Of a stretch of 64,000 nucleotides of DNA, positions 20,826-30,296 are shown in pieces; position 1 is the stretch's first letter, and each line of letters starts with the position of its first letter. The stretch is from the IMG/VR virus record IMGVR_UViG_3300042876_000027, positions 5,768 through 69,767 of that record; one strand, 5' to 3'. The DNA comes from a virus. A program made the translations under genes and the position numbers. The notes under the pieces are model-generated. The model was not told the origin of the DNA and did not search any database. It saw only the letters and a list, made by a program, of their open reading frames with translations.

Positions 20826-21146
20826 TTAGGCGATACCGCCCAGAATTGCTGCATCGGCAAGCTTGATGCCTGATGCCTCTTCTACGATTCTGTAAACCGT
20901 TGGAAGATCAAGAAGGTCTTCTAGTGCCTTAGCATCAGCCGAAAGTTCTGGCTTGTACTGCTTCATAGCAATTTGAACACATTCCATTAGCAGGTCAATT
21001 GACTTATCATTGTCATCTGCGACCTCTGCGATACCCTCAAACTTCTTAGTGAATTCACGAAGTAGCGATACCTTTAGTGGTCTTACGTTGATTTGAGTTC
21101 CGTCGAGTAGGTCGACTGTCTTCAGCTCATTGATGGTTGTTGTCAT
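20826..21146 (-). CDS. tail assembly chaperone, short form (gpG-like)
   Basis: between major tail and tape measure; SD AAGGAGG; paralogous to the N-terminus of 21201..21881. Confidence 0.7.
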   Translation of the reverse strand: MTTTINELKTVDLLDGTQINVRPLKVSLLREFTKKFEGIAEVADDNDKSIDLLMECVQIAMKQYKPELSADAKALEDLLDLPTVYRIVEEASGIKLADAAILGGIA

Positions 21147-21200
21147 TTAGATTCCTCCTTTTAAGGGTCTAAATAATTATATCATAGACTAACTATTTTT

Positions 21201-21881
21201 TTAGTCTATTCTCTCGTAGTCAAGCCCCATGCCAATACCAAAACCAGCCTTTACCGCATTCTGACCCTGCAGGGCTAGTACGTCGTTAGCACTTGTTGCC
21301 TGACCACCACTAAATACTCTAGCCTTCATATCTTCCCAGGCATTTGATTTGTTTGTTTGTGCATCAAGGTCTACTCCTTGGATAGCTGCAAAGAACTTTT
21401 TATCGCTATAGTCTAGATCTCTCTTTGCACTTAGTGTTGCAACTAACTCTGGCATAGACAGTGATCGCTCTAGTTCGTCATAGTCTTTCCAAATACCCAG
21501 CAAAAAAGCCTCTGACTCTAGCTTTGCTAGATCCATATCTTCCCAGCTTGTGCCACTTTCTTTAGCCTGCTCTACTGGCGTTTCTTCTGACTTTTCATTA
21601 ATCTTAACACCTGCTGCAATGTCTAGAATCTTATACATTGTTGGCAAGTCAAAGGTGTCTTCTAGCTCTTCTACTGTAGTTATTGTTGGCAAGAACTGCT
21701 TCATTGTTATTAAGATACATTTTGATAATGCATCAATACCTGCATCTTCGCCTTTTGATCTTTTGAGATCTTCAAAGGCTACGATGAATTCTCTTAGGTA
21801 TTTGATCTTTAGTGGTACGATGTCTATTGGTAGACCATCAACAGTAGTTACCGTTTCGATGTCGTAGATTTTAGTTGCCAT
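21201..21881 (-). CDS. tail assembly chaperone, long form (gpGT-like)
   Basis: position; N-half resembles 20826..21146, with an extra C-terminal half. Confidence 0.7.
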   Translation of the reverse strand: MATKIYDIETVTTVDGLPIDIVPLKIKYLREFIVAFEDLKRSKGEDAGIDALSKCILITMKQFLPTITTVEELEDTFDLPTMYKILDIAAGVKINEKSEETPVEQAKESGTSWEDMDLAKLESEAFLLGIWKDYDELERSLSMPELVATLSAKRDLDYSDKKFFAAIQGVDLDAQTNKSNAWEDMKARVFSGGQATSANDVLALQGQNAVKAGFGIGMGLDYERID

Positions 21882-21903
21882 CTAACAAGTATACCAAAAA
21901 TAC

Positions 21904-21934
21904 AAAACCGCCAAGGGGATTAGCCTCGGCGGTT
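21904..21934 (-). terminator. intrinsic terminator after major tail gene
   Basis: ACCGCCAAGG/CCTCGGCGGT stem followed by a T-run on the minus strand. Confidence 0.75.
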
Positions 21935-21954
21935 CTGTGTTATTAAGTTATGTA

Positions 21955-22587
21955 TTACGAGTTTGCAACGGTGCGGTCTACGATCTTACCGTAGGTTGCG
22001 TCGTTGTTTGGGAGCAAACGGAACGAAACTTCGAACATAGTAGCTTCGTCACGCTTTGCGGATACAGTTACGTTCTCAATTGAGAGCGCACGGTATGCGA
22101 CATAGACACGCTCGATTGAGCTGCCTGCTGCACAGTCACCAGTACCTGGACCAACTGCTACCAGACCACGCTCGACTGGGCACTCACCAATATTGCCTGC
22201 TGTAAGCTCTAGTGTTGGGTTACCGCCCACTGTGGTTAGGTCACCGTCAACACCGCCCTTACCTGCGATTGCAAATAGAAGGTTTTCAAGAGTTGCCTCT
22301 GCGAATGTAGTGTTTAGGTTTACAGTCATACCCTGCTTGTATAGCTTGGCTACGTCAAGCAGCTGGTCAACCTGGACCTCACCGAAGTCAGGCTGGAACG
22401 AAAGCTCAAGACCGTTCATAGTGTAACCTACGTTACGGAAGTCAGCGTGGTCCTCCAGGGTGTCCTTGTATGTGACACCTGCATCATATGCAGGTAGCAG
22501 ATTATTTGTTAGTTCGCCATCTTCGTATGTGAAGAGAGCAGCTGCACCAACAATGATCTGGCTGTTTGTACCTCTGTTATATGCCAT
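21955..22587 (-). CDS. major tail tube protein
   Basis: VGYTMNGLELSFQPD...VDQ, FAEATLENL; SD GAGGTG with the same AAAAATATG context as the capsid gene. Confidence 0.85.
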   Translation of the reverse strand: MAYNRGTNSQIIVGAAALFTYEDGELTNNLLPAYDAGVTYKDTLEDHADFRNVGYTMNGLELSFQPDFGEVQVDQLLDVAKLYKQGMTVNLNTTFAEATLENLLFAIAGKGGVDGDLTTVGGNPTLELTAGNIGECPVERGLVAVGPGTGDCAAGSSIERVYVAYRALSIENVTVSAKRDEATMFEVSFRLLPNNDATYGKIVDRTVANS

Positions 22588-22662
22588 ATTTTTCACCTCT
22601 TTTTTCTATATGGAATTAGTAGGCGTGTTTCCTCAAGTTAATTATATCAGTCTTTTGAGAAA

Positions 22663-23193
22663 TTACTGATAGTCCTTGGTGTGATAATCATAGTCAATGA
22701 TTACCTTATTGCCAGCAAAAGTTCTAGCTGTACCAAAGTCCACAATATCCCTAGTTTCTTCTAGCTGGTAAACCTTTAGATTGTGGAAGAAGACTGGCTT
22801 AAACTCTTCGCCATCAATTACAATAACTCCGCTCTGATTTACTTTAGTGGCAATCCAAGCGTTTAGCTCTTGGGCTGATTCATCTTCTCTGTCTAGTAAA
22901 TCGTGAATTTTTTGAGTTGTCTTAAGAAGCTTTACTGGATCTCCAGCTGTCTTATAAAAGTAATATAAAAGCTGCTCACACTTAATGTGTGGGAATGGTG
23001 TTCTTCTATACTTGAACATTCTGTCATATACCGCAAAAACATTGTTTGCTGCATCTGGGAATAGAGTTGTTAGAGCATCGATGTCTGTTGGCATTGTTGG
23101 CATAAATGGAATAGTAAAACCAAATCTATCGTCTTGCAAAACCTTCTCTTGAAGGTATTTGTTAATTAGTGTAGGTGGGTGAGTAATTGCCAT
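22663..23193 (-). CDS. tail terminator protein (putative)
   Basis: synteny upstream of major tail gene. Confidence 0.5.
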   Translation of the reverse strand: MAITHPPTLINKYLQEKVLQDDRFGFTIPFMPTMPTDIDALTTLFPDAANNVFAVYDRMFKYRRTPFPHIKCEQLLYYFYKTAGDPVKLLKTTQKIHDLLDREDESAQELNAWIATKVNQSGVIVIDGEEFKPVFFHNLKVYQLEETRDIVDFGTARTFAGNKVIIDYDYHTKDYQ

Positions 23194-23867
23194 TATAGTG
23201 ATACTCCTGTCTTAGATACCCACTGGCTTCCTGCCTTCTTGCCTGCCTGGCGACCGCCAGTCTTGGCACGTGGGAAGTACTTATCATACTCTTTTGGTGT
23301 TTCAAGGTGCTTTAGAATTCCACTTGATCTTAGGAAGGCTTGAGAGAAATAGCTATTGAAAAATGTATCTACTGCTCTTTCGAAGGCTCCCTGTACCTCA
23401 GAGCCACCTGGATTGTCTACTCTAACTGGATTCTTAGTAAAGATCTGTTCTCCGTCTACGTCAAATGCAAGTGCAGACTTTTTAGGAACAATAGTTACTG
23501 GGATTCCCTTTTCCATAATCTCTGCCTTGTTATAAAATGGAACAGTTGATCCTGCCTTGATAGATTTTGACTGAGTAAATGTATAAGAAAACGATAGACC
23601 ATTTCCAACGACCTTATAGTCTATATCGAACAGTCTTGCAGATGGGCTTCCTGTTTGCTCCCACTCATATACGTGGTGCATTGCTTGTGGAGACATTCTG
23701 GCGTTTGAATCTAGGTAGTTTTTTAGTGATTCAACTGTGAACGAACCTACAGTATCTACTAATACTGGAAGTGCCTCTTTGGCACCATCTACAAATCCCT
23801 CAGAATACTTAATTACATTCTTAATATCTTTGACAAATGAGCTTACGTCGAATGAGGCTGATATCAT
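23193..23867 (-). CDS. neck/tail completion protein (putative)
   Basis: synteny in head-tail connector block. Confidence 0.5.
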   Translation of the reverse strand: MISASFDVSSFVKDIKNVIKYSEGFVDGAKEALPVLVDTVGSFTVESLKNYLDSNARMSPQAMHHVYEWEQTGSPSARLFDIDYKVVGNGLSFSYTFTQSKSIKAGSTVPFYNKAEIMEKGIPVTIVPKKSALAFDVDGEQIFTKNPVRVDNPGGSEVQGAFERAVDTFFNSYFSQAFLRSSGILKHLETPKEYDKYFPRAKTGGRQAGKKAGSQWVSKTGVSL

Positions 23868-24313
23868 ACGTCAACCCCCTGGTTTTCTGATCTTCTAAGA
23901 ACTACGTTATAGTATTCGACAGTTCCAAATGGACCAACAAATGGCTCGTTCGATGCAATTTCAAAGATTGTGGACTTGCCAGCACGTGGACCAGATGTCT
24001 CTACATACACAGGATTGCAGTTCTTATCTTTAATATTAGTTACAACTATATTTGTAATTGCATTGTTGCTGTCAAGACTCGATACCCTGAGATCTCCACG
24101 CACACGACCTATTAGGATTAGTTCATTAGTAATATTAACGTTTGGCTTCACATCTTCTTTTGATGCTGATCCTGCTGAGTTAAAGTTACATCCAATGGTT
24201 CTGTCTCTTGACCAAGTCTTTTGTATCTGACCAAAGCCACCTTGAGCAATAATTGGATAAAAGATATCTGCCTCAAGTGGGAACATGAAGTCTGTGTTAG
24301 TTCCACATGCCAT
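23864..24313 (-). CDS. head-tail stopper (putative)
   Basis: size and synteny. Confidence 0.5.
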   Translation of the reverse strand: MACGTNTDFMFPLEADIFYPIIAQGGFGQIQKTWSRDRTIGCNFNSAGSASKEDVKPNVNITNELILIGRVRGDLRVSSLDSNNAITNIVVTNIKDKNCNPVYVETSGPRAGKSTIFEIASNEPFVGPFGTVEYYNVVLRRSENQGVDV

Positions 24314-24314
24314 C

Positions 24315-25235
24315 TTATAACACCCCGATTGTAGTAATAGACTTTTGATACTTTGATAGAATCTTGTCTACTATTAGGTTTCCTGTTCCCTCAAATGACT
24401 TTGCGTCAAACTTGATTCTAAACTGGTCTGTGTTATAGTCTGAAACATAACGCTTAAAATAGTCAAGCTTACCGCAAGCAATATCAGAGACTAGAAGCTC
24501 TGTAGCCTTAACGATGTCTGATGGCACCGTAGGGTGTCCATGTGCAACAACTAGTATGTAGTCAAACGTTCTTGGAAATCCTCTAAACTCCCAGTTAATG
24601 TCAATGAAGTCCGATGGGCTTCCTGGCAAAATGTTTGGTGCTGACTCTAGTCTATTGAGTTGACCAGCATATGTTTCAATAACAGATGCCTTATTTGGAG
24701 ATATCTCAAATGAGCGAGAGTAGTCTGATGCATTGTCTGCATCATAAATTAGTACGTTGTTCTCGTATAGTTTTAGCACTTTCTTTGCATCTACCCAAAT
24801 TGGTAGGTAGTCTGTACCAAGACCTGTAGTTACAATTGCTTTCTTTTGGTAGTAGAATCCTTCTGGAATCACTGACTCAATGATAGCCCTTGCCACTTCT
24901 TCATTTTGTGCATATTCTGCAATCTCAGAAGCCGTAGTGCCCTTAGTATTTGCGTCTACATATGGTCTTCTGAGTTCAAAGGTTTCATCTGCAATGATTT
25001 CACCTGTTTCGATAATTCTAACTTCTACCCTATAGTCAGCATCATAGGCATTTGGTATTTCCTGTGTAATTGAGGTTACCGCCTGACTTTCAATATCAAT
25101 GTCATTAGATGACAGGATACTTAGGTCTGACATGTCTGTGATTACTGCTCTTAGAGGCACCCCGACATAATTGGCAGGTGGTAACTGAACAGTTACTGAT
25201 GTTGAGCCATAGGGTAGAAGTCTAAGAATTTCCAT
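24315..25235 (-). CDS. head-to-tail adaptor
   Basis: C-terminal VPSDIVKATELL...VDKILSKY, typical of connector proteins. Confidence 0.65.
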   Translation of the reverse strand: MEILRLLPYGSTSVTVQLPPANYVGVPLRAVITDMSDLSILSSNDIDIESQAVTSITQEIPNAYDADYRVEVRIIETGEIIADETFELRRPYVDANTKGTTASEIAEYAQNEEVARAIIESVIPEGFYYQKKAIVTTGLGTDYLPIWVDAKKVLKLYENNVLIYDADNASDYSRSFEISPNKASVIETYAGQLNRLESAPNILPGSPSDFIDINWEFRGFPRTFDYILVVAHGHPTVPSDIVKATELLVSDIACGKLDYFKRYVSDYNTDQFRIKFDAKSFEGTGNLIVDKILSKYQKSITTIGVL

Positions 25236-25678
25236 TAAAGAACACCAAACTCCTTGGCAACTTCTTCTGGTGTTGCTAGTCTGGTATGGTTACGAGTCAG
25301 CCACTTCTCTGCCTGCTCTTCTGTAACAATGTTGAAACCTACATATAGCTTTCCAACACCAGTCCATGTAACGTTCTTGCTTGAATAAACTGCAACCTTT
25401 TCTACCTTCTTGCCATCTACTGGCTTTGGCTTCTTGGATGCCTTTGTGACCGAAGCAGAAGCTGATCCGATAACTCCATCTGCTACTGGTGCAATTGCAG
25501 GCACCTTCTTAACAGATTCTACTGGCTCTGGAGCTGAGATAACTCCCTCTGCCTGCTTGTCATCTTTTACTTCTTCGATAGTTGCTTCGATACCTAGATC
25601 TGCAGCAAGCTCCTCTGTTGTGGTTAGCTCTTCTACTGCTGCAATTTCTACATCATCATTTTTGATTTCTTCTGACAT
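25235..25678 (-). CDS. hypothetical virion-associated protein
   Basis: directly downstream of capsid gene; SD AGGAGG. Confidence 0.6.
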   Translation of the reverse strand: MSEEIKNDDVEIAAVEELTTTEELAADLGIEATIEEVKDDKQAEGVISAPEPVESVKKVPAIAPVADGVIGSASASVTKASKKPKPVDGKKVEKVAVYSSKNVTWTGVGKLYVGFNIVTEEQAEKWLTRNHTRLATPEEVAKEFGVL

Positions 25679-25713
25679 AGTTCCTCCTAAATATTAATTA
25701 TAACAGATTAATG

Positions 25714-25751
25714 AAAAAAAGAGGGCAGGAGCGCAATGCCCCTGCCCCCTC
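25714..25751 (-). terminator. intrinsic terminator after major capsid gene
   Basis: GGGCAGG/CCTGCCC stem followed by a 7-T run on the minus strand. Confidence 0.8.
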
Positions 25752-25765
25752 AAGGGTGCTAAGGT

Positions 25766-26881
25766 TTAGCTATCTGCAGCTGCGTCAGCATATGCAACAG
25801 CGTCTTCCTCTTCCCACTGAACACCGAAGCGGACGAATACAGTGTATTCAATTGTGTCCTTCTTTGGCTTGTATTCACGGTTTACAGTGATGTCTCTCTG
25901 GAAACCCCAAACACGGTTCTGAGGGAATGTTAGGTCAACATAACCTTCTGGGTAGTAAGGAACTTCCTGAACGTCAATTCCAAGAACACGAGTAGTACGT
26001 GCTCCACCGAATGTCTGTCCAGCACCATCTAGGTAAGCCTGACGGTTTGCAGGGGTACCTGCTGGAGTGCCAGCAAAAGCCTCGGCGATAGCGTCAGCTA
26101 GAGTACCGTTGTTCTTTACGATGCCCTGGAATGCGTCTGTACCAGCGTAGAACTTAAGGTTGTTCTTAAGTGCACGGTACTTGCGAGGCATTGCAAGAAT
26201 AATGTTCTGCATTACCTCTGGAGTCCATGCGTTATCTGCTACTGTTACAACAGCTTCGTGTGCGTCACCGTTGGTCTTGACCTTGTTAACGAAACCTTCC
26301 ATGATTGAAAGGAATGCGTTGTTACCAGTTCCAGTACCGTTGATCGCAAGGTCCTCGATGTCATTCGCAAATGCGTTTGTCATCAGACGAACCAAGTGAT
26401 CCTCTAGTGCAGCACCTTCAATGCCATCCTCTAGAGCCTCAGCTGAAACTTCCCAGTCAAGACGAATCTTCTTGGTAGTCAGCTCGACCTTGCTAAAGGT
26501 AGCACCTGTGTTTGTATAGTCAGCATTTGCCTGAGCAGCAGCACGAATAACACGCTCACCGACGTTAACCTTCTCAAGCTCCATAGTGTTGGCTCTCATA
26601 GTTACACGACGACCATCCTTGGCGAGAGTAGTAGCATCCCATACGTAGTCAATAAAACGACGTGCCTGTTCAGGGCGAAGGATACCGCTGCCTGCATCAC
26701 CCGAAGGATTGACGGCATTTGGTCCAGTTGTAAGACCATAGTTTGCAGTTGGAATGTTTCCGAGGGTGCTTGCACCTGGATCAGAGACACCTCCAATGCC
26801 ACCAGAAGCGAAGGCACCTTCACCGTTTACGGTTGGGTCACCATTTGCATCTGGATAATTTTTCTTAATTTCTTCCGACAT
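25766..26881 (-). CDS. major capsid protein (HK97 fold)
   Basis: GILRPEQARRFID, VSAEALED, DIEDLAINGTG; start refined to MSEEIKK behind AGGAGGTG. Confidence 0.9.
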   Translation of the reverse strand: MSEEIKKNYPDANGDPTVNGEGAFASGGIGGVSDPGASTLGNIPTANYGLTTGPNAVNPSGDAGSGILRPEQARRFIDYVWDATTLAKDGRRVTMRANTMELEKVNVGERVIRAAAQANADYTNTGATFSKVELTTKKIRLDWEVSAEALEDGIEGAALEDHLVRLMTNAFANDIEDLAINGTGTGNNAFLSIMEGFVNKVKTNGDAHEAVVTVADNAWTPEVMQNIILAMPRKYRALKNNLKFYAGTDAFQGIVKNNGTLADAIAEAFAGTPAGTPANRQAYLDGAGQTFGGARTTRVLGIDVQEVPYYPEGYVDLTFPQNRVWGFQRDITVNREYKPKKDTIEYTVFVRFGVQWEEEDAVAYADAAADS

Positions 26882-26910
26882 ATTTTTCACCTCCTGTGAT
26901 TGTTTTCTTA

Positions 26911-27507
26911 TTATTTCAATAAGTCGGCAGTTTTGAGGAAACGACCGCCCCATAGGGATTTTTGAACCTGTTCTGGTTCGTTTTCCTGTACGATCTCGCC
27001 TAGATCGCCAGACTTGCGGAAAGCAGTGTCAGCTTCAACAGCGTCTACTCTCTTTCCAAACTCATTAAACTCACTCTTAGCATTAGCTACTTCGCTCTTT
27101 ACTGCTGCGATTTCGCTATTTGCTGTGTCAAGAGATTTGCTTAGTGCAGAAACCTGCTCGTTTAGAGCCTTAATGGTTACTGCCAGATCGCTAAAGGCTG
27201 ATGTTATAGAGTTCTTGATTTCGGCTACCGAGCTAACGATAGCGTCATCTGACTTAGATACCTCTTCGCCAGCAACAGAATCAGACTTTGCAACTTCTTC
27301 CTCGTCGTCTTCGGTACCAGACATGTCGTCTGCTTCCTCAGCAACTTCGGTTCCTGGAACATCATCTTCATCAGCATCTGCTGACTTTTCTACATCCGCA
27401 GCCACTGCTTCTTCAGCTACTGCTTCTGCTGTGGCATCTGCCTCTGGAGCGACCTGTGATTCCTCAACTGTAGTTTCTTCAACTACATCATTTGTTGTGT
27501 CAGTCAT
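26911..27507 (-). CDS. nested in-frame scaffolding protein (internal start)
   Basis: AAGGAGGT SD 7 nt before the internal ATG (MTDTTND). Confidence 0.6.
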   Translation of the reverse strand: MTDTTNDVVEETTVEESQVAPEADATAEAVAEEAVAADVEKSADADEDDVPGTEVAEEADDMSGTEDDEEEVAKSDSVAGEEVSKSDDAIVSSVAEIKNSITSAFSDLAVTIKALNEQVSALSKSLDTANSEIAAVKSEVANAKSEFNEFGKRVDAVEADTAFRKSGDLGEIVQENEPEQVQKSLWGGRFLKTADLLK

Positions 27508-28257
27508 AGGACTTACCTCCTTGTTCATCTTAGAAGTATTAATGCCTTTAGCACTATCAACTAAGAACTTTATCATTTCTGTTTTTTCGCTGTCATTCTT
27601 TTCAACGAAACCTATGTTCTCCATCTGTGCACCAGTAGTTGGGCTAGTCTCAGATTCGTTTTGCGATAGCAAAACTAGACCAGATGTTGAATCCCAGAAA
27701 ACATTTTCCAAAACTGTGTCGGACTTTTCAATGTCAGCTGCATCCATCTTTTCAATTGATACAAAGTTAGCTAGCTGATTTGCAGGAGAGTCTACTAGAG
27801 AAAGCTCAAAAAGATCGTACTCCTTGATGATGCGAACAGTCTTGTCTAGCTCTGCATTGTATGCATTATCAAACTTGTTCATCTTACCACCAATAGAGAA
27901 TCCAGATAGGGTTCCGTCAAGAACCTTTTCCCAGGTGTCCTGAGCACCCTTTGATACATAAGCAGATACGTAGATACCAGAATAGAATTTCTTGGTCTCT
28001 GGATCAAAGTACTTATCTTCCTTGAATCCAACCATCTTACCGACAGAAATTGGTTGGTGCATTTCACGAATGTTGCCACGGAATTTTTGGAAAGCCTTAA
28101 GAGAGGCTTCTGGAAGAACGATATCGTTTTGACGATCTAGGTTATCGAGTGTGGCAAAACCTGAGACGATTCTTCGTTCCTTGTCTACCTTACTAAATGG
28201 CATTGAAAGACGTAGGTCTTCGCCATTAGTGTCGAAATGTGCCTTTGATATAGTCAT
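26911..28257 (-). CDS. prohead protease fused to scaffolding domain
   Basis: IREMH, LSGFSIGG, ELSLVDSPAN protease motifs; acidic, coiled-coil C-terminal half. Confidence 0.9.
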   Translation of the reverse strand: MTISKAHFDTNGEDLRLSMPFSKVDKERRIVSGFATLDNLDRQNDIVLPEASLKAFQKFRGNIREMHQPISVGKMVGFKEDKYFDPETKKFYSGIYVSAYVSKGAQDTWEKVLDGTLSGFSIGGKMNKFDNAYNAELDKTVRIIKEYDLFELSLVDSPANQLANFVSIEKMDAADIEKSDTVLENVFWDSTSGLVLLSQNESETSPTTGAQMENIGFVEKNDSEKTEMIKFLVDSAKGINTSKMNKEVSPMTDTTNDVVEETTVEESQVAPEADATAEAVAEEAVAADVEKSADADEDDVPGTEVAEEADDMSGTEDDEEEVAKSDSVAGEEVSKSDDAIVSSVAEIKNSITSAFSDLAVTIKALNEQVSALSKSLDTANSEIAAVKSEVANAKSEFNEFGKRVDAVEADTAFRKSGDLGEIVQENEPEQVQKSLWGGRFLKTADLLK

Positions 28258-28308
28258 ACTACCTTAATTATATACCCTTTTTATAGATTCGTTATATTAT
28301 TATAGCAC

Positions 28309-29910
28309 TTATTGTGCACTTCTGCCTTCACCTTGAGCATTTCTACCAGAAATTGTTGCAGAGTTGTCAGAAGAATTATTGGTTCTCTCTACATCTCTCT
28401 GTCTATTTCCTGCTAGATCTGCTCTTGCGTCTGCAGATTGTCTTGACGACATCTCAAAAGGAGAGTCTCCGTCTGGTCTGTGAGGAAGACCAAGCTTCTC
28501 TCTAGCCTCATTTGGAACCATAATCTGAGTCTTTACATAACGCTCAAGAATTTGAGACTGTACATTTTCATCAGTCAAGGTTAGCTCATTAAACTTAAGC
28601 TCCATTATGTCTGTCTTTTCACGAATGATCTTGTTCAAAATCTTTTCCAAGTACTTCTGTGCTGGTCTTGCAACCTGCTCTTTAAATGTACGGTCTTGAG
28701 CAATGGCTGCTGCAATAGCTGCAGAGTCGCCACCACCAATCTTAGATAGTGGAACCTGGTGAGCTACTAGGATATCATCACGGTTACGTAGTCTATACTC
28801 ATTAAATGATGCCTCTTGAATACCGTTTTCAATTGGCTTCATGTCGAACTCTACCTTGTTGTTATCTGAATCCCCAGGCAATGGAACGTACAGAGTTCTG
28901 TGGTTCTGCCCCTTGAGACCAGTTTGAAGGAATGCAAATAGCTTGTCTTCGGCATCGGGAGACAGCTTAGCACCCTTAAGGGTTACAATGTATCGTGGAG
29001 TAGCCTTGTTGGCAAAGTAGTCAATGTTGTATTGTGAAGCTAGCTGATCTCCGTGCAATGCTCCAACTGCAGACATAATGTCTGGAATACCATAGTAAGT
29101 GTTTAGTGGGGAGTACTCTGTGAAGTGAATAATCTCATTTGGTCTTGGGTCATTTGTAATTGGATTTGCATTCTTTGCACCAAAGTTTCTAAAGTAAACA
29201 ACCTTCTGACCAATGATCTGAACGTATCCGTCACGTAGTCTTCGTACACGCATAGTAGTAGATGGAATGTGACCAACATATCCAATCTCGCCATTAACAG
29301 TTCTACCAATTTCAAGATATCCGTTTCCTGTGGCTTCCCAGTCAGTACAAACCTTCATCATTGTTGTAGTAAACGAGTCATCGTCATTCAAATTCTCTAG
29401 CCATTCACGTAGCTCCATCTTAACTCGTTCAATTCGCTTACGAGCTTTTTCACGAGCTGACTCATTATCATTTGCCTCAATCATCATCTGGGCACGGCTA
29501 GTAATGTGGAAGTCATAGCCAAGACCTACGATGTTTTGAACCTTTGCATCAATTGCAGCGTGATTAGCAAACGATGTATCGTAGAAGTTGGCTAGCTCAT
29601 ACAGGTTCCATGGTGGAGTAATAACATCGAACATGCTATAGCCATTGCTATAAACAGTTCCTGGATTAATTTCTTTTGACTTTGCTCCGTCAATACCCGA
29701 TCGAACAGCAAGGGCACTGTCCTGATACGCAGGTGCAGTAGTATCTACGACAGCTTTTGAAATTCTGTCTGATCTACGTCTAAAGTTTTTATCAAGCCCA
29801 TTTAGACTCTTAAGGTTGTCCCAAGACTTAATAAATGGGTCTTGATTCTTAAACTGATTTACTTCTGCCTGCGACTCGTCGATCGAAGCATTGATGTAAT
29901 ACTCTTGCAT
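28309..29910 (-). CDS. portal protein
   Basis: GNGYLEI, EIIHF...YYGIP, YFANKATP, PNEAREKLGLP. Confidence 0.92.
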   Translation of the reverse strand: MQEYYINASIDESQAEVNQFKNQDPFIKSWDNLKSLNGLDKNFRRRSDRISKAVVDTTAPAYQDSALAVRSGIDGAKSKEINPGTVYSNGYSMFDVITPPWNLYELANFYDTSFANHAAIDAKVQNIVGLGYDFHITSRAQMMIEANDNESAREKARKRIERVKMELREWLENLNDDDSFTTTMMKVCTDWEATGNGYLEIGRTVNGEIGYVGHIPSTTMRVRRLRDGYVQIIGQKVVYFRNFGAKNANPITNDPRPNEIIHFTEYSPLNTYYGIPDIMSAVGALHGDQLASQYNIDYFANKATPRYIVTLKGAKLSPDAEDKLFAFLQTGLKGQNHRTLYVPLPGDSDNNKVEFDMKPIENGIQEASFNEYRLRNRDDILVAHQVPLSKIGGGDSAAIAAAIAQDRTFKEQVARPAQKYLEKILNKIIREKTDIMELKFNELTLTDENVQSQILERYVKTQIMVPNEAREKLGLPHRPDGDSPFEMSSRQSADARADLAGNRQRDVERTNNSSDNSATISGRNAQGEGRSAQ

Positions 29911-30278
29911 TATCCCTCGTCTCCGTACAGTTCAATAGTTTTCTTTGCATCCATGACTGCACCAAGGTCGTTAAGGTTTGGGATAAGCCCCTGTTGCATT
30001 CTTTCTACCTGTTCGCTGTACTCTTCGTCAGAGATTCTTGCCATTCCTGCAAAAAACTCAGCGTGTCCGTCGCCTTGACCAAGATATTCAGCTTCTCGCT
30101 TCAGCTTTGCTAGCTGTAGACCATCACCCCTATGAGACGGTATATTTAAAACTCCACCCTGCCCATCAGTGAATGGCTTGCCGTTTGCCTTGATCCAAAC
30201 ATAGATACCCCAATCGTAGTGCTTATCGATTACAGTTAGTTTGGATTCACCAATTTGACCAGGAAATTTTTCATTCAT
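29910..30278 (-). CDS. hypothetical protein
   Basis: coupled to portal; start refined to MNEKF (TGGTATACT 7 nt upstream). Confidence 0.6.
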   Translation of the reverse strand: MNEKFPGQIGESKLTVIDKHYDWGIYVWIKANGKPFTDGQGGVLNIPSHRGDGLQLAKLKREAEYLGQGDGHAEFFAGMARISDEEYSEQVERMQQGLIPNLNDLGAVMDAKKTIELYGDEG

Positions 30279-30296
30279 AACCATAAGTATACCATA

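Noticed and set aside
13096-27778. Long plus-strand ORFs (e.g. 15907-16470, 27014-27778)
   Set aside because: They are antisense to the tape measure and scaffold genes, low in complexity, and have no expression signals.
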